Of a stretch of 64,000 bases of DNA, positions 27,423 to 42,181 are shown piece after piece (the stretch's first letter is position 1; each line of letters starts with the position of its first letter). The notes under the pieces were generated by a model. The model was not told the DNA's origin. It saw only the letters and a program-made list of their open reading frames with translations, and searched no databases. The position numbers were made by a program, and so were the translations under genes. The stretch spans positions 83,080,001 through 83,144,000 of the forward strand of contig OZ024741.1 of the NCBI GenBank assembly GCA_964016885.1, read 5' to 3'. This DNA comes from Eledone cirrhosa (taxonomy: Eukaryota).

Positions 27423-27977
27423 GTTATTCCTTGAATCTCAGTCATTGATGTTGGTTAACTGGAAAGTCCGTTGGATTGAATATCAAGCCACTACCTGCAG
27501 CCTCAGATATTCAGGACGTATCGGAGGGTTCTTGCTGTTCCAAGCAAGCATGCCTTTTGAAGCGTTCCAAAAAGCGTGAAGGGGCCGATTTTCTTTAACC
27601 ATCCCTGGAAACCCTTGGAGATAGTCCCCAGTGCGCCTATGACAATCGGGATCACTTTGACTTCATGGCAGTTCCAAATCCTTTTCACCTCCCACTTTAG
27701 GTCCTGGTATCGGTTAATTTTCTCCCTCTCCTTCTCTTGCACTCTCGTGTCGAACGGGCAGGCCACATCCACAATCAGGCACGATCTTTTTTCTTTGTCC
27801 ACAACCACCAGGTCAGGTCTATTGTGTTCCAGTTTTTTGTCCGTCTGTATCCTAAAATCCCACAGCACCTTCACCTGACTGTTCTCCATCACCGCCTCTG
27901 GCCTATGCTCATACCATTTCTCAGAATGTGGTAGATTGTTTACTTTGCACAGGTGCCAGTGGATCACCCTGCCCATC
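27388..27977 (-). mobile_element. R4/Dong-like 3' fragment, RLE domain (copy D)
   Basis: ORF 27503-27976 matches the C-terminus of copies B and C; bounded by (TTA)n on both sides. Confidence 0.93.
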
Positions 27978-28021
<44 letters not shown>

Positions 28022-31000
28022 TGCATTTATCTTGCTTTATGTTTATACGAGTTATCACCAAGTCACAACCAGTGACCTCAAGAGACAACAAGGTCCGCCA
28101 TGTTCAAGAAAGAATATACATATTCACACATGCATCCTTAGTGTTTAGACTTGTGATGCAGTTATATTGACAGGATCTTCCTTAGCATATGGGCAGTTCA
28201 CATTAGTACTATCTTTTGTATTTCTCCTATACGCGGGTTTCCTGGGATTTGCGATAAGTAGTCGTTAGACCCCTTAGGTATCATTCTCAGAGCGCCTACA
28301 ACCACTGGTATTGTTTTAGTTCTCAATTTCCACATTTTTCCAATTTCTATCTCCAGGTCCTTATACTTGCTCAATTTTTCAAATGTTTTTATAGATACAT
28401 TCTTGTCTATTGGAACAGACATATCAATTAGCAGGCATACCCTCCTTTGAAAGTCCTTCAATATTATATCAGGTCTATTTGCATCTATTTTTCGGTCTGT
28501 TTGGATGCTAAAGTTCCACATGATTGAGATGTGATCTTTTTCAAGTATGGGAGGTGGTTGATGCTCCCACCAATTCTTTTGATGGGGCAGGTCAAAATGC
28601 TTACACATTATCCAATGTATGTATTGTGCAGCTCTGTCATGCCTGTTTAGGTATTCGGTTGGAGCTATAGGACTGCACATTGAAATTATATGGTCAATGG
28701 TCTCTGGTTGTTTTTTGCATACACGGCATAATGGGCTGCACCCATTTTTTATTATGTTGGCTTGGTAATTTTTTGTTGGCAGACACTGATCTTGTGCCGA
28801 TATAATCAGTCCTTCAGTCTCCGATTTCAGTCCAGAGGATGCCAACCACTGATGGGTTAAAGTTTTGTCAACATCAGGATTGTTAGCTCGCTCTGGGTAT
28901 TTTCCATACAGAGGCTTTTCTTGCCATTTCTTAGCCAGTTTCTGTAGCAGTTCTTTCTTTGCAGTTACTTTTACCTGCTTTGCTTTTTCTGTGTTTTCCA
29001 TTTCAGCAGTAAATGGGACTTCTGAAATTTGTAGTCCATTACTGTATCTTTGTGCATCTTTTGTAATGGAATATGATCTTTTGGTGCTTTCGTGTTTCAA
29101 AACGAGTTTGATCATCCAATCATGTGATTCCCTTAGATATGTGGATAATCCAATTGTTGCAGTTTTCAACGCAATGTCTAACTGGATTAACCCACGTCCT
29201 CCTTCTTTCCTAGGGAGATATATTCTATCTATGTCTGCCTTAGGGTGATGCATTCTGTGCATGGTTAAGAATTTTCGGATTTTTGTATCGAGCATACGGA
29301 TCTCTGTGCTTGACCAGTTGATGACATTGTAACTGTAGGTTACTACTGGTATGGCAAGCGTGTTTATGGCATCGATCCTATTCCTTGCATTCAATTCCGT
29401 TCTTAAGATTGCTCTGACTCTGCGGTAACATTCCTTCCTTATCCTTTCCCTCATTGTCGAGTGCTTGATTCCGTCTCCTTCACAAACACCTATATATTTG
29501 TAAGTTATTTCTTGATCAAGCTCTCTTATCACGTTCCCCCGATCAAGATTAATGTCTGAACTCTTCAGCAGCTTTCCTCTGGCGAACGTTGCTTTGGCGC
29601 ATTTATCCAGTCCAAACTCCATTTTAATATCATCACTGAACTGCTTCACAGTGCAATTGTTCATCATTTTTTGCAAATAGTTTCAGGTCATCCATGTAGA
29701 ACAGGTGATTAATGGTTTTGTCATAGACTCTATATCCATGTTTTGTTTCATTGAGCATTTTACTTAATGGTATAAGTGCGATGCAGAATAAAAGCGGTGA
29801 TAAAGAGTCACCCTGAAAAATTCCACAATTAATGTTAACTTCTCCAGCTTCCAGTGATTTTGTTTCACTATTCAAAAGGAGTGTCGTTCTCCATGTCCTC
29901 ATACTGAATGACAAAAACCTCCTGACAACGGGGGATATTTTGAAAATCTCTAAACATTTTTCAATCCAACTGTGTGGCAAACAATCGAATGCTTTTTTAT
30001 AATCTATCCAAGCAATCGATAGATTTTTGTGTCTATTATGACAATCTTCCAGTATCATTTTGTTAACCAGAAGCTGATCCTTACAGCCATATGAGCCTCG
30101 TTTACACCCTTTCTGCTCAATGGGAAATAGGTCATTTGTTATCAGGTGGTCATATGTGTATTCAGTTAGGACTGATGTTAAACTTTTATACATTGTGGTC
30201 AAGCAGGTTATCGGTCTGTAATTTTGGGGATTGTTTGTCTCATCATTCTTCGGTAGCAGGAACGTAATGCCGTTAACTAGCCATGATGGTATCTTTTCTG
30301 GCTCATTAACTATTTCATTGTAAATTTGGGCTAACAGCTCATGAGACTCTGTGAAGGCATTTATCCAAAAGTTTTTTATTTTGTCTTTTCCTGGGGATTT
30401 CCATTTGCTGGTTTTTCTTAGAGCCAAGCGCAGCTGTTCAACTGTTATATTTTCCCATGTTTGTTCCTCAAGGTGAGCTGTTTCTTTCATTTGTCTGTCT
30501 GTCCATGGGGCATGTATGTTATGAACTTTTTCTTCGGCCCAGATCTTTTCCCAGAATTCTTGCACTTTCTCCTTGGGTGGTATTGATTTAGAAGTTATTG
30601 TTGACTTACCAATTTTTCTGTAGAAGTTTCTTTGGTTGTTTTTGAACATATTATTGTCCTTATAGAATCTAGATCGTTTTTCAAAGCGCCTTATACGAGC
30701 AGCCTTGGCCGACACTTTTTGCTTGATTGTTTCTCTCAGCATGTCTGTGTCACATGTTGATCTTATACTGTACTTTTTTTTCAATTTTCTAACTTTAGTT
30801 TGTTTAACATGTTCACCTACTTTATAGTTTGTTAAAATTTCTATGTCAGATCGGAGAAGGCTTATTTGGCGATTGATGTTATCTTGCCAAGTAGATTTCT
30901 TGTGGGAATTCCTTTGTTTTTTCATCTTCACTCCACATAAGTGAGTGGTGACTTTAGCCGATGCATAATAGAGATGATTTAAGTCAGTAATGTTTAGTTT

Positions 31001-31886
31001 GTTTGTGATGATAATGTTTTTGAGAATTATGTTAGTCTTGTGTATTATCTTTTGGTTCTGTTTGGAGTTCTGGATCTTAGGGAGGGTGTCTCGTTGCCCC
31101 ATGTCAGATTCTTTCATTTTCATCCATTCGATCATAATTTCATCCTTCAAGTTGGCAAGTTCATTCTCATTCATTTCTTTATCATTTACGATCTCATTAT
31201 TTTCATTTGGAGTTTCATCCTGAGCATGCACTCCCTCCACTTTTCGCTCCTTTCTTTAATTTGTTCTGTTGCCAGTGATTCCGCCCCCACCCTGGGATTC
31301 GAAGTGTTACAGTTTACCTCGTTTTCACTGACACATGCTTCATTTTCCCTTCGCTGACTTTGTGCTACTAGCTTGATCTGATCAATTTCTATATTAGTTA
31401 GTAACTATTTTCTTACAATATTTCTTCGTATATTGGCTAGTTTGTTACTGTCAATACAGCCTCTGTTTTCGGGATGTTTCTTGTTCCAGTTGATATATGT
31501 TTGTTCTGTATTCGATGTATTTGATGGGTCGTACATGGCAGTGTAGAAAGCCTCAAGGACTTCTTTATTATCTTCCCTTGACCATTTTTCTCTCTTTTTC
31601 TTTGCATTTCTTGGTGGTGAGCATGGAGGACCAACAGTAGGAGTATTCCAGTTACGGGAGGTCACCAGCTCCGAAGTGATGGGAAGGTTTGAACCATTAG
31701 CTTATTTTTCGACCCCAGTCTGGTTCCTCTCTGAGGGACGCGGCCCTTTTTTACCCGGGTGACGGCCGATCCGGTATGAGATTTTATCATTAGACATTTA
31801 CTTTATTTTGTCGCGTTTTATCCTTATCCGCCAAGGGGTAATCATTTCGTGTTACCACTTCTAGAACGAGTGTCAAGGGGCAGCGA
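27978..31886 (-). mobile_element. Apparently full-length R4/Dong-like RLE element of a second family, decayed
   Basis: Putative ATG at 31797, N-terminal REKWSREDNKEVLEAFY, RT (YRPITC, IFQGDSLSP, FYMDD), CRVC..HIISMC and RPDIILKD..IDMSVP. Stop at ~28162, then 3' UTR and (TAA)n tail 27978-28020. A few stops and frameshifts. Confidence 0.92.
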
Positions 31887-32199
31887 TCATCATCATATAC
31901 GTATGTATGTACATTCATACGTATGTATGTATTTATGTATGTATGTTGTATTTAAGTTCTTCTGGTTTTATGATTTGATTTATAAATTTCTCAGCAACTG
32001 AGAGAATTGGTTTCTAACACAGAAGCAAGATTTATTCATTGGAGTACAGGCATGATTAAGGTAATTATGTCTGTATTTGTCTTTGTGTGATGGTATGAAT
32101 ATGTAGCGTTCCCTTTCTAGTATCGTGACTAGTGTCTTGTTATCATTTACGCATTTAATGATGTTTTTCCGGAATGACGAGAAGTTAGTGCTGACGTAA

Positions 32200-32870
32200 A
32201 ATTTAATTCTGATATGCAGGTATCGAAATGTGCTGATGTAATACTTGTTGTAGTTCTCATATTCTACGTTAACTTGTATCCAATCACATGTATTGCGATT
32301 GGGTAGTTGATAACAAGTATGTCTTCTCCTCATTGTGGAATTGTTTCCTGGATAGACATCTGCGTAAGGAAGTCCCCGAATGTGCCAGTTACAGATGGAG
32401 ACTTTCATTAGGATGGCTCTGTGGATAGTGTTGATGGTTGTTTTGCTGTGGTGGAGGATTTGGGAAATTGGTTGTTTGTCACGCTGTTCCATTCACTGGG
32501 TTGGAGTGTGGGATCACGCATTTTGCTAGAGACATATGTTGGCTAACCATTGTTTTCCAAAACAACGGGTAGCTCTAATCCCAGCGTCACCGAGTCTGAT
32601 TTGTATACTCATGACTTCGTTTTCTATGTACCTTCATTTGACACAATTGGGAGAGCAAATGTGGTGTGGACGTACAGGTACCAGCTGGCCGAATTTATGG
32701 TACAGGTCGGTGCCGATTTGCCTGTCTTCCGTGATATTCAGTCGGAATTCGAGAACGGTGAAGGATGCGGTCTTAGAAAAATGATCCTAACTGAACTTTA
32801 TATGTACGATCTTGTTGTTGAACGATTCGAGTATCCCATTAGCCTTCTCACTAGAAATCGTGTCCATCAA
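32200..32870 (-). pseudogene. Highly decayed PLE RT-thumb/GIY-YIG fragment
   Basis: Minus frames give FSKTASFTVLEFRLNITEDRQIGTDLYHK and EQRDKQPISQ..CNWHIRGLP..YQL, resembling PLE C-terminal regions. Confidence 0.5.
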
Positions 32871-32889
32871 CAAGAGAATTGGAAGGGTC

Positions 32890-33927
32890 TAAGCAAATTT
32901 TGGAATAGAATAGAAAGAACTAGGAATAAGGTTAATAGAATAAACTCATGTTATGATAGCAATAAATACCAGAGTGTAATATTCATCGATACAACCCCTA
33001 GAGTTTAATTAGCTTACACATTTAGAAGGGCCCTAGATAAACATAAACTCAATATTAAGATAGTAGAAAGACCAGGTACCTCCATAAAAACACTTATTAG
33101 CAGCACATACCCTTTTCAAAGACCTCCCTGTATAAATAAGAAATGTATAATCTGTAAATTAAGCCCTCATATTAACTGTGAAACTAGAAATGTAGTATAT
33201 AGCATAAGATGTACTGAAAGGACAATGTAGAGTTAAGAATATAGTGTACATAGGTGAAACAGCTCGTCGTATAGGGGAACGGATAAATGAACACTGACGA
33301 GACCCTCAAGATAGTAAAGAATCATCTGTACTCTACAAACGTGCTAAAATAGAACATAAGGGAACATAGAATTAAAAATAGAATCTACACACAGAAAAGA
33401 CGCAATGTTTAGACAAATCACAGAGGCAAAAAACATGAATGAACTCCAACCAAAATTAAATAGCAAACATGAATGGAACAGCAGCATCAGAACTTACAAT
33501 TAAGGATAAAATGAAAACACACACGCACATAGAACAAACAACCAACCAGTAACATGTAAATAAACAAATAAATAAACAAATATAAACACACACAGACAGC
33601 CGGATGTAACACATGCGTAAACTAAGCACACAACACATACAAACACAATATGGCGTAGGACAGAACAAAGGAGAGGCACAAAAACAAAGAAAAGAATCCC
33701 CAGTCACTGAAGAGGTCACATAATGTGTGACGAAAGAACTTTGACAATATATAAACAACTAACCTGAAATTTATAAATTCCTAAATTTATAGATTTATTG
33801 TAATAAATTCAAGTGAAAGCAACTGGTGCGTGTGTTTTTTATTGACAACATGACCCTCTCTAAGTATAACAATATCGGTTTCAGCACACGTTTTCAGATA
33901 AAGAATCTTGCTAAACAAATTCAGAAA

Positions 33928-33931
<4 letters not shown>
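32890..33931 (+). mobile_element. Naiad-type PLE 3' fragment (GIY-YIG plus pLTR with hammerhead), same family as 48165-52833
   Basis: Closely similar to ~48890-49962. NCETRNVVYSI..YIGET. Ends CAGAAACGA-(TA)n. Confidence 0.9.
33703..33745 (+). ncRNA. pLTR hammerhead ribozyme
   Basis: GTCA-CTGAAGA-G-GTCACA TAATG TGTGAC-GAAA-GAAC-TT-TGAC. Confidence 0.8.
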
Positions 33932-33989
<58 letters not shown>

Positions 33990-33994
<5 letters not shown>

Positions 33995-34162
33995 AACCAT
34001 AGAGCAATTATTTATTAAAATAACTGATCAAAGTTTAAGCAAAGAATCGCTGTTTCACCCCTAACAGGATCTTCTGAAACGAGTTTCAGAACATCCCATC
34101 CCATTAAGGGTGAAATCAGCGATTCTTTGCTTTGACTTTAATCTGTTATTTTAATAAATATA
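33990..34162. mobile_element. Fold-back element (~75 bp arms); relatives at 35660-35703 and 35788-36022
   Basis: TTATTAAAATAACTGATCAAAG..CTGAAAC-GA-GTTTCAG..CTGTTATTTTAATAA, flanked by (TA)n. Confidence 0.8.
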
Positions 34163-34229
34163 TATATATGCACACACACACACACACACACACACATACA
34201 TACAAACACACATACACACACACACACAT

Positions 34230-34410
<181 letters not shown>

Positions 34411-34520
34411 ATATTTATATATATAATATATATATATATTTATGTATATATATATATTTATATATATATATTTATATATTTATATATTTATATATATATA
34501 TATATATTTATATATTTATA

Positions 34521-35548
<1,028 letters not shown>

Positions 35549-35701
35549 ATAAAAGGAAAAGAAATGGTGACAAATTTTTCTCAGTGAAAAATAATTTAAT
35601 TAGGAATAAGTAAAAATTAGTAATAAGTATTGGTTAGTATTCAGTTTTAGTTTTAAGTTTAAAGCACCGATTCTTTGCTTGAACTTTAATCTGTTATTTT
35701 A

Positions 35702-35733
<32 letters not shown>

Positions 35734-35753
35734 TATAATATATATATAATATA

Positions 35754-35787
<34 letters not shown>

Positions 35788-35794
<7 letters not shown>

Positions 35795-36022
35795 TAACAG
35801 ATTAAAGTTCAAGCAAAGAATCGGTGCTTTCACCCTTAACCGGATCTTCTGAAACCTGAAACTAGTTTCAGAAGATCCGATTAAGAGTAAAAACAGCGAT
35901 CCTTTGCTTAAACTTTGATCTGTTATTTCAATAAATATTTGCTCTCTGGTTCTTATATATTTGATATATATGTTTCCTTATCGAGCCCTCTTTGGAATTT
36001 AGTCTTCATTATAGTATTCATT
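35788..36022 (+). mobile_element. Fold-back element (hairpin ~35788-35933 plus tail)
   Basis: Centre CTGAAACTAGTTTCAG, diverged arms, (TA)n on both sides. Confidence 0.8.
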
Positions 36023-36044
36023 ATATATATATATATATATATAT

Positions 36045-36838
36045 ACTACCATTAAAGCCCGGCGTTGCTCGGGGTCAGTAAGTTATCTTCTTTCTTCCAC
36101 GTTCGTTGAGAGATGTTTTAAAAAAGAGTTATCGTTATTTTTGTTGCTGTTGAATAAATGTATCTGTTGCTTTTGAACAATTGTTGTTTGGTATGAAATG
36201 TAATAAATTCTCTTCGTTGCCATTAAAGTAAATACATGTTTGACCGTTCCACACTAAAAAACAAACGTTCTCTCTCTCTCCACCTTCCCCGTTCCTAACA
36301 CACTCAAAAATAATAGTTCTCTCCCTCTGTCTCTCACTCTCTCACTCCTTTTTTTCTCCCTCTCTCCTAAACTTTCCGCGTTCCTAACATACTAAAAAAC
36401 AAACGTTGTCTCTCTCTGTCTCTCACTCTCTCGCTCACTTCGCTCACTTCTTTTTGTTTCTTTCTCTCTCACTCCTTCATTTCTTTCTCTCGTTTTTCTT
36501 CCGTGTTCCTAAAGAAAGTTTGTAAGAGGGAGTTTAAGCGTATATAAGAGAAAGTTGCAGCATGTATGTAGTTTTATCGATTTTTAAGGGGAGTAGAGAG
36601 AGGTTATATCAGATTGTATTAGAGAGGTAAAGCGTCATGTATTTAGTTTTATCAATTATTTCCGTAATTGGGAGTGAGTCGGAAAAGAATAAATAGTCGG
36701 TGACTTAATTTTGACCATTTACAACATCCTTACAGACTTTGAGTCAAATCGTTTTGAAATTGTGCAAATGTATAAACATGGAACATTCACACACACACAC
36801 ACACACACACACAACAACAATCTGTCTTTTATAGATAA

Positions 36839-36842
<4 letters not shown>
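36045..36842 (+). mobile_element. Helentron-associated non-autonomous element (HINE/DINE-like)
   Basis: 5' ACTACC..CCCGGCGTTGCTCGGG subterminal palindrome, internal repeats and (CT)/(CA) microsatellites. 3' end TCTGTCTTTTATAGATAATGAT in a TA tract. Confidence 0.6.
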
Positions 36843-36921
<79 letters not shown>

Positions 36922-37519
36922 TGTCCTGTGCGCTCCCTATTTTGAATTTATACACACACAAACAAACAGACACACACACATACACACACGTGCACACACA
37001 AACACACACACACACATATATATATCTTTGTCTTTTGTCTGTTAATATTCCTAAGATTAGTATTACCTCCTCTTTACACCATTATTACTAATCTCTGAGG
37101 AGCGTATTTTTTTCTCCCCCAATAGTTTAAATTTGTTCTTCCTTTTTTCCTTTCTTTTCTCTTTGATCTTACTCACGATACTTTCGTTGCTACAAAATGC
37201 ACTATACATTCTCTTAGTCTGCACGTAATGTTTTATGTGTACAGGGTATAGATTAATTATTATATTTATTGTTTTGTCTTCACTCCTACGTTGGTTTAAC
37301 TAATAGAAAGGTTTTAAAAAATGCATTGACGGCTTTACCACACGTGATGATTGTACGTTTATTGACATTGAAACCTAAATTTGCTGATGACTCTAATACT
37401 AATCAATTGCTATGCTCCAACCAAGAAAGTCAAAGAATTAGAGATTACATACTTTTATGAGAAATTATATTTTATTGTTATATATATATAGATTATCATG
37501 ATAGATTTCTGACACTACG

Positions 37520-40090
37520 CGACATCAATGTTAGAGTTGGATCATATCATGAAGACTGCTCTTAACTCTCATGGCATTGGAAATATAAATAGGAATGGAT
37601 TTTGCCTTATTGTCTTTTGCAATATACTTGCGCTACTTATCATTTCAACAGCCCACAAAACTATTTAGATGCATCCAAGGTCAGACGTAAAGTATATGAT
37701 TGACTACATTTTAACAAAAATCTATCATCAACGTCACATTCGCCATAGTCGGCCACTCCATAGCATATGTTGTGTATCTTATCACTCTCTGTTGCATTGT
37801 AACCTATCATTTCAACTACAAGTACACCATTGAAGTTACAATGCAACAAAATAGTTTCGGTCACTTGTTGCCGAAACAAAAAGCTAGCTTGTCACAAATA
37901 CTCCACGTACAACTTGAAGGAGTCGAAATTTCAGAAAATATTGATGCCTCGTTGAAAAACCCCAAAGAAGCAACATATGATTTGCTTGAAGATCTTGGAC
38001 TGCCAAAACGTAAGCATCAAGAAAATCCTATAGGCATAAAATCACTAATTGTAGAAATGCAGTCGTCTCATAAAGTATGGATTGCCAACAAAACAGATTT
38101 TCAACTGAAAATAAACTACACTTGAACTGTAAAGAAACAGTTGAAATGATGTTGAAGAAAATGAAAGAAAATTTGATCTAATCAAAAGTGGTCGAGCCTC
38201 AATCTGGTGCAGATAGAAACCCTTTTATGAAAGTCTAAAAAGGTTCATGGCCCTCTGTAACGTGAGACCTCACCGGTAATAGCATCGAATGGATCCACTT
38301 CTGCTAACAGATAAAAAACTGATATTTCCATACGCTGGAAAGGACACTTCGAAACATTTTAAAATTATCAATCTTCCATTGATTCAATTCCTGAGGGCCA
38401 GAAATCTCTGATTAGGACCTTCATCCAACATATGGCGAATTCAAAACAGCTATAAAAGTGGTATCAGGAAAGTTTCCTGGTGATCATGCAATACAAGCTA
38501 AGGTGTATATATGGGGGTAATGTATTTGAGCACAAACGTTTAAAATTGTTCATTTTGATGAGGAAGAACGTTCCAGGTTCTGCAAGAATGTAAAGACTCC
38601 TCTATGACCCATCTATTTACACGAAAAGGGAACGCAGAATTGTTTGAAAACATTCGTGGTTTTCGCTGCATTTGGAATCGGTAATAATAACTCACCTGGT
38701 AGATCATGTTTATCAGGACTGGGAGGGGAAACATTGTTACGATATATTGCTTGCGGCAGATGACAGAGAAAGTACGAGAGAATATCAGCAACATATTTAT
38801 AGTTTTGGTGACTTAACAAAGGATAACGGTTTCTACTTTAGGCACAAGGCCAGCAATTATCCCAGTACATTACTGGTACTTTATTTTATCGACCCCGTAA
38901 GGATGAAAGGCAAAGTTAACCTCGGCGGGATTTGAACTCAGACCGTAAAGGGACGTAATTTGGCTGGAAAGCATGGCGTCCGACTCTCTACCAACACTGC
39001 CAATCCTCCTAACAAAGGATAACGGTACGCAGTCTGACAGTGCTGACAAAGATTGGGATTCCTAATAAAATTCTTAGTGTTATAACTCCTCCCATGGAAA
39101 TATGCAATCGCCTGTTATGTCGGATGGCGCTTCATAAGACACTCTTCGTTTAATGGGAAAAACCAGTCTGCTTGATATTTATTTTTATCTGATTCTAGAA
39201 TATGCGTTCCAAGGCTATAATAATGGTATTGTGTTTAAATTTAGAACACCAGGGAGGCTCTTAAATCACCAAAGGTTTTAGGCGAATACTCATACTAGAA
39301 GGAACATATCTTTCTATTTATTATTTGCAAGTAATGTTTCAGTTGTATCTTATTCTTTCTAGGTAGCACATGAAGTTGTTAGCCGATTTTCCTCTGCAGC
39401 CATAGCAGTTGGTCTAGCAAGTGTGAAAATCCATGATATATAACAGCCAAAACGAACATCTATCCAGGAAACAGGAATAACACTTCCTAGGACACGATAC
39501 AGAGCACGATGATGTTAAATTATTGTGGTCAACAAACATCAGAAGTCATTCGCATACTTAGGAAGTAAAATCAATTATCACGCTTACTTAGATGATGAAA
39601 TAGTGGATATTATCGCCAAGGCTAGTGATTCTGTTGGAAAGCTGCGATCAAGTATATGGAATGAGAAAAGATTGAGTTTGAAAACCCAAACTTCAGTTTA
39701 CCGAGCAATTGTCTCAAAATTACTGTATAAGTCTGATTCGTCGGCACCATATCGAAAATATATGAGGCAGCTAGAAACATTCCAGAAGAGGTCTCTTAGA
39801 AATAGTTGTGCTTTCACTAAGTCGCTAAAAAACAGCTGTTTTGGAAACGTGATATACAAGGCATATATATATATATACCTCGTAGATAAAGTTTCAATTA
39901 AGATGGACCTTGTTGCTAGGATAAATGATGAAAGACTTCCGGAAATTCGCCTTCATGGAAAAGGGATTGAAAAACATAGGAAGACCTCGTCTTAGATGCA
40001 AGCTTAAGCCTGAGAATAACATCAAACATATTGGAATACAACCATCAAAATTCAAGGAATGTGCTGCTGACCGTAATTTGTGAAAATGTC
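37520..40090 (+). pseudogene. Ancient RTE-clade LINE remnant
   Basis: HGIGNINRNG..LLSFC (APE), GKFPGDHAIQAKVY, and FAYLGSKI..LDDEIVDIIAKASDSVGKLRSSIW..VYRAIVSKLLY (39525-39995). Confidence 0.8.
38831..39009 (-). mobile_element. tRNA-derived SINE with 17 bp TSD, nested in the RTE
   Basis: A box TGGCAGTGTTGG and B box GAGTTCAAATCC on minus. TSD TAACAAAGGATAACGGT at 38814-38830 and 39010-39026. Confidence 0.92.
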
Positions 40091-40395
40091 AGCAGGAGCC
40101 ATGTCAAGACAAGGATTGTTCATCTAGTACCTCTTTTTCTTTACTAAATCCGTATAACTCTCTTATATATAATGTGCATATCAATTAATTTACCTCTAAC
40201 CACATGTTTTTAAAATTTTAATTTTTCTATTGCATTTATCTGCTCCTATTGTTCATGTTTATCCGCCTCAGTTACCATATACAAATTCGAATGCTTGCGC
40301 TCATCTAACCTCCCATATTATGTATCCTCCTAATGTTCTTATGACAAAGTTACAAAGTTTTGATCTTATATATTTGTGTTTATCGTTTGTTAGCA

Positions 40396-40439
40396 ACTCC
40401 GATGATCCGGCCTTGAGCTAGGATGAAACGATCGTCAGT
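40396..40439 (+). ncRNA. Hammerhead-like motif with CCGATGA core
   Basis: ACT-CCGATGA-TCC..GGA-T-GAAA-CGATCG-TC-AGT, with palindromic stem III and GUC site, ~50 bp upstream of (TA)n. Confidence 0.75.
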
Positions 40440-40487
40440 GATTAAATGTTTGAAAGATTAAACACTCTGTGGTTAACATTTACATTG

Positions 40488-40596
<109 letters not shown>

Positions 40597-40745
40597 AAAT
40601 GAAATAAACGTATATATGCAATAAACATTTGAGCAGGAAAAAATATTTTTTCATTCCGTCACGTAAACGAACTCATAAAATCTTTATTTGTCTCAAACAC
40701 ACGCTTCGCTGATTATTTTTAATTGGCGGTAGTACTTACACATAA

Positions 40746-41232
40746 TTTAAGCATAATAATGGTGTATATGAAGACATTTACCAATATATATAATGCGTTT
40801 ATATACAATAAATATATGGGTAACCTCGCTGCCGATGAGATGATTATTTATGCTTTACAAAATTTGTCATTTTAAACATTTTCCTCAATAAAAGTTAGAA
40901 ATGTTAGAAATGTTTACAATTTGTCACAATGTATTTCTTCCGTTTAACAAGAGAAATGTGATGAAAGTGATGTCTGTTTTGAGGGGGATTATGCAGGATA
41001 TATATATATACTGCATAATCCCCCTCTCAAAACAGACATAACTTTAATCAAATTTCTCTTGAACAAATTGTCAACATTTCTAACATTTCTTACTTTTATT
41101 GAGGAAAATGTTTAAAATGACAAATTTTGTAAAGCATAAATAATCATCTCATCGGCAGCCAGGTTACCCATGTATATAAACGTATTATATATGTTGGTAA
41201 ATGTCTTCATATACACCATTATTATGCTTAAA
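40746..41232. mobile_element. Fold-back element, ~240 bp diverged arms
   Basis: TTTAAGCATAATAATGGTG.. mirrored by ..CACCATTATTATGCTTAAA; centre TTATGCAG-(AT)n-CTGCATAA. Confidence 0.85.
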
Positions 41233-41244
41233 TATATATATATA

Positions 41245-41608
41245 TATTATTCAAAATGTTAATAAATGAAAAATATTCTCATATTCAAAATAAATATTTT
41301 ATTATACATACTGCAAAGGTACAATGGTGTTTAAGTACGTTTTCATCAGACAAAATATAAGATTTGACATACCGCTACGGTTTTGATTACTCAATTCCAG
41401 TATTGGCAGTGATTTATTTATTGGTGAAATAAATCACTGCCAATATTGAAATTGAATAATCAAAACCGTAGCGGTATGTCGGATATCAAATTTTATATTT
41501 TGCCTGATGAAAACGTACTTAAACACCATTGTACCTTTGCAATATGTATAATAAAATATTTATTTTGATTATGAGAATATTTTTCATTTATTAACATTTT
41601 GAATAATA
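41245..41608. mobile_element. Fold-back element, ~175 bp diverged arms, vestigial hammerhead
   Basis: Centre GGCAGTGATTTATTT..AAATAAATCACTGCC. CTGATGA-AAACGTAC at 41504 lacks stem II. Flanked by (TA)n. Confidence 0.85.
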
Positions 41609-41639
41609 TATATATATATATATATTTAAGCATAATAAT

Positions 41640-41824
41640 TGTTGCTACTTTAGGCACAAGGCCAGCAAATTACCAGTGCATTACTGGTACTTAATTTTAT
41701 CGACCCCGTAAGGATGAAAGGCAAAGTAAACCTCGGCAGGATTTGAATTTAAACCGTAAAGGAACGTAACTATGCTGGAAAGCATGGCGTCCGTCTCTCT
41801 ACCGATACTGCCAATCCACCGCCC
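41640..41824 (-). mobile_element. tRNA-derived SINE with 13 bp TSD
   Basis: Same family as 38831-39009. TSD TAAGCATAATAAT at 41627-41639 and 41825-41837. Confidence 0.92.
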
Positions 41825-42181
41825 TAAGCATAATAATGGTGTATATGAAGACATTTACCAATATATAATACGTTTATATACAATACGTTTATATACAATA
41901 TACATATATAATACGTTTATATACAATAAATATATGGGTAACCTCGCTGCCGATGAGATGATTACATACTTAAACACCATTGTACCTTTGAAATATGTAT
42001 AATAAAATATTTATCTTGATTATGAAAATATTTTTCATTTATTAACATTTGAATAATATTAAATACTCCAGGAAAATCGAGTGCTTCTAATCTATATAAA
42101 ATTGTATTCGTTGATTAATCAACAAACCATATTAATATTTGTTTATATATATATATATTTCAAAAAAAAGTATATATATAT

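Noticed and set aside
38831-39009. tRNA gene
   Set aside because: A and B boxes are present but there is no cloverleaf; multicopy with TSDs, so a SINE.
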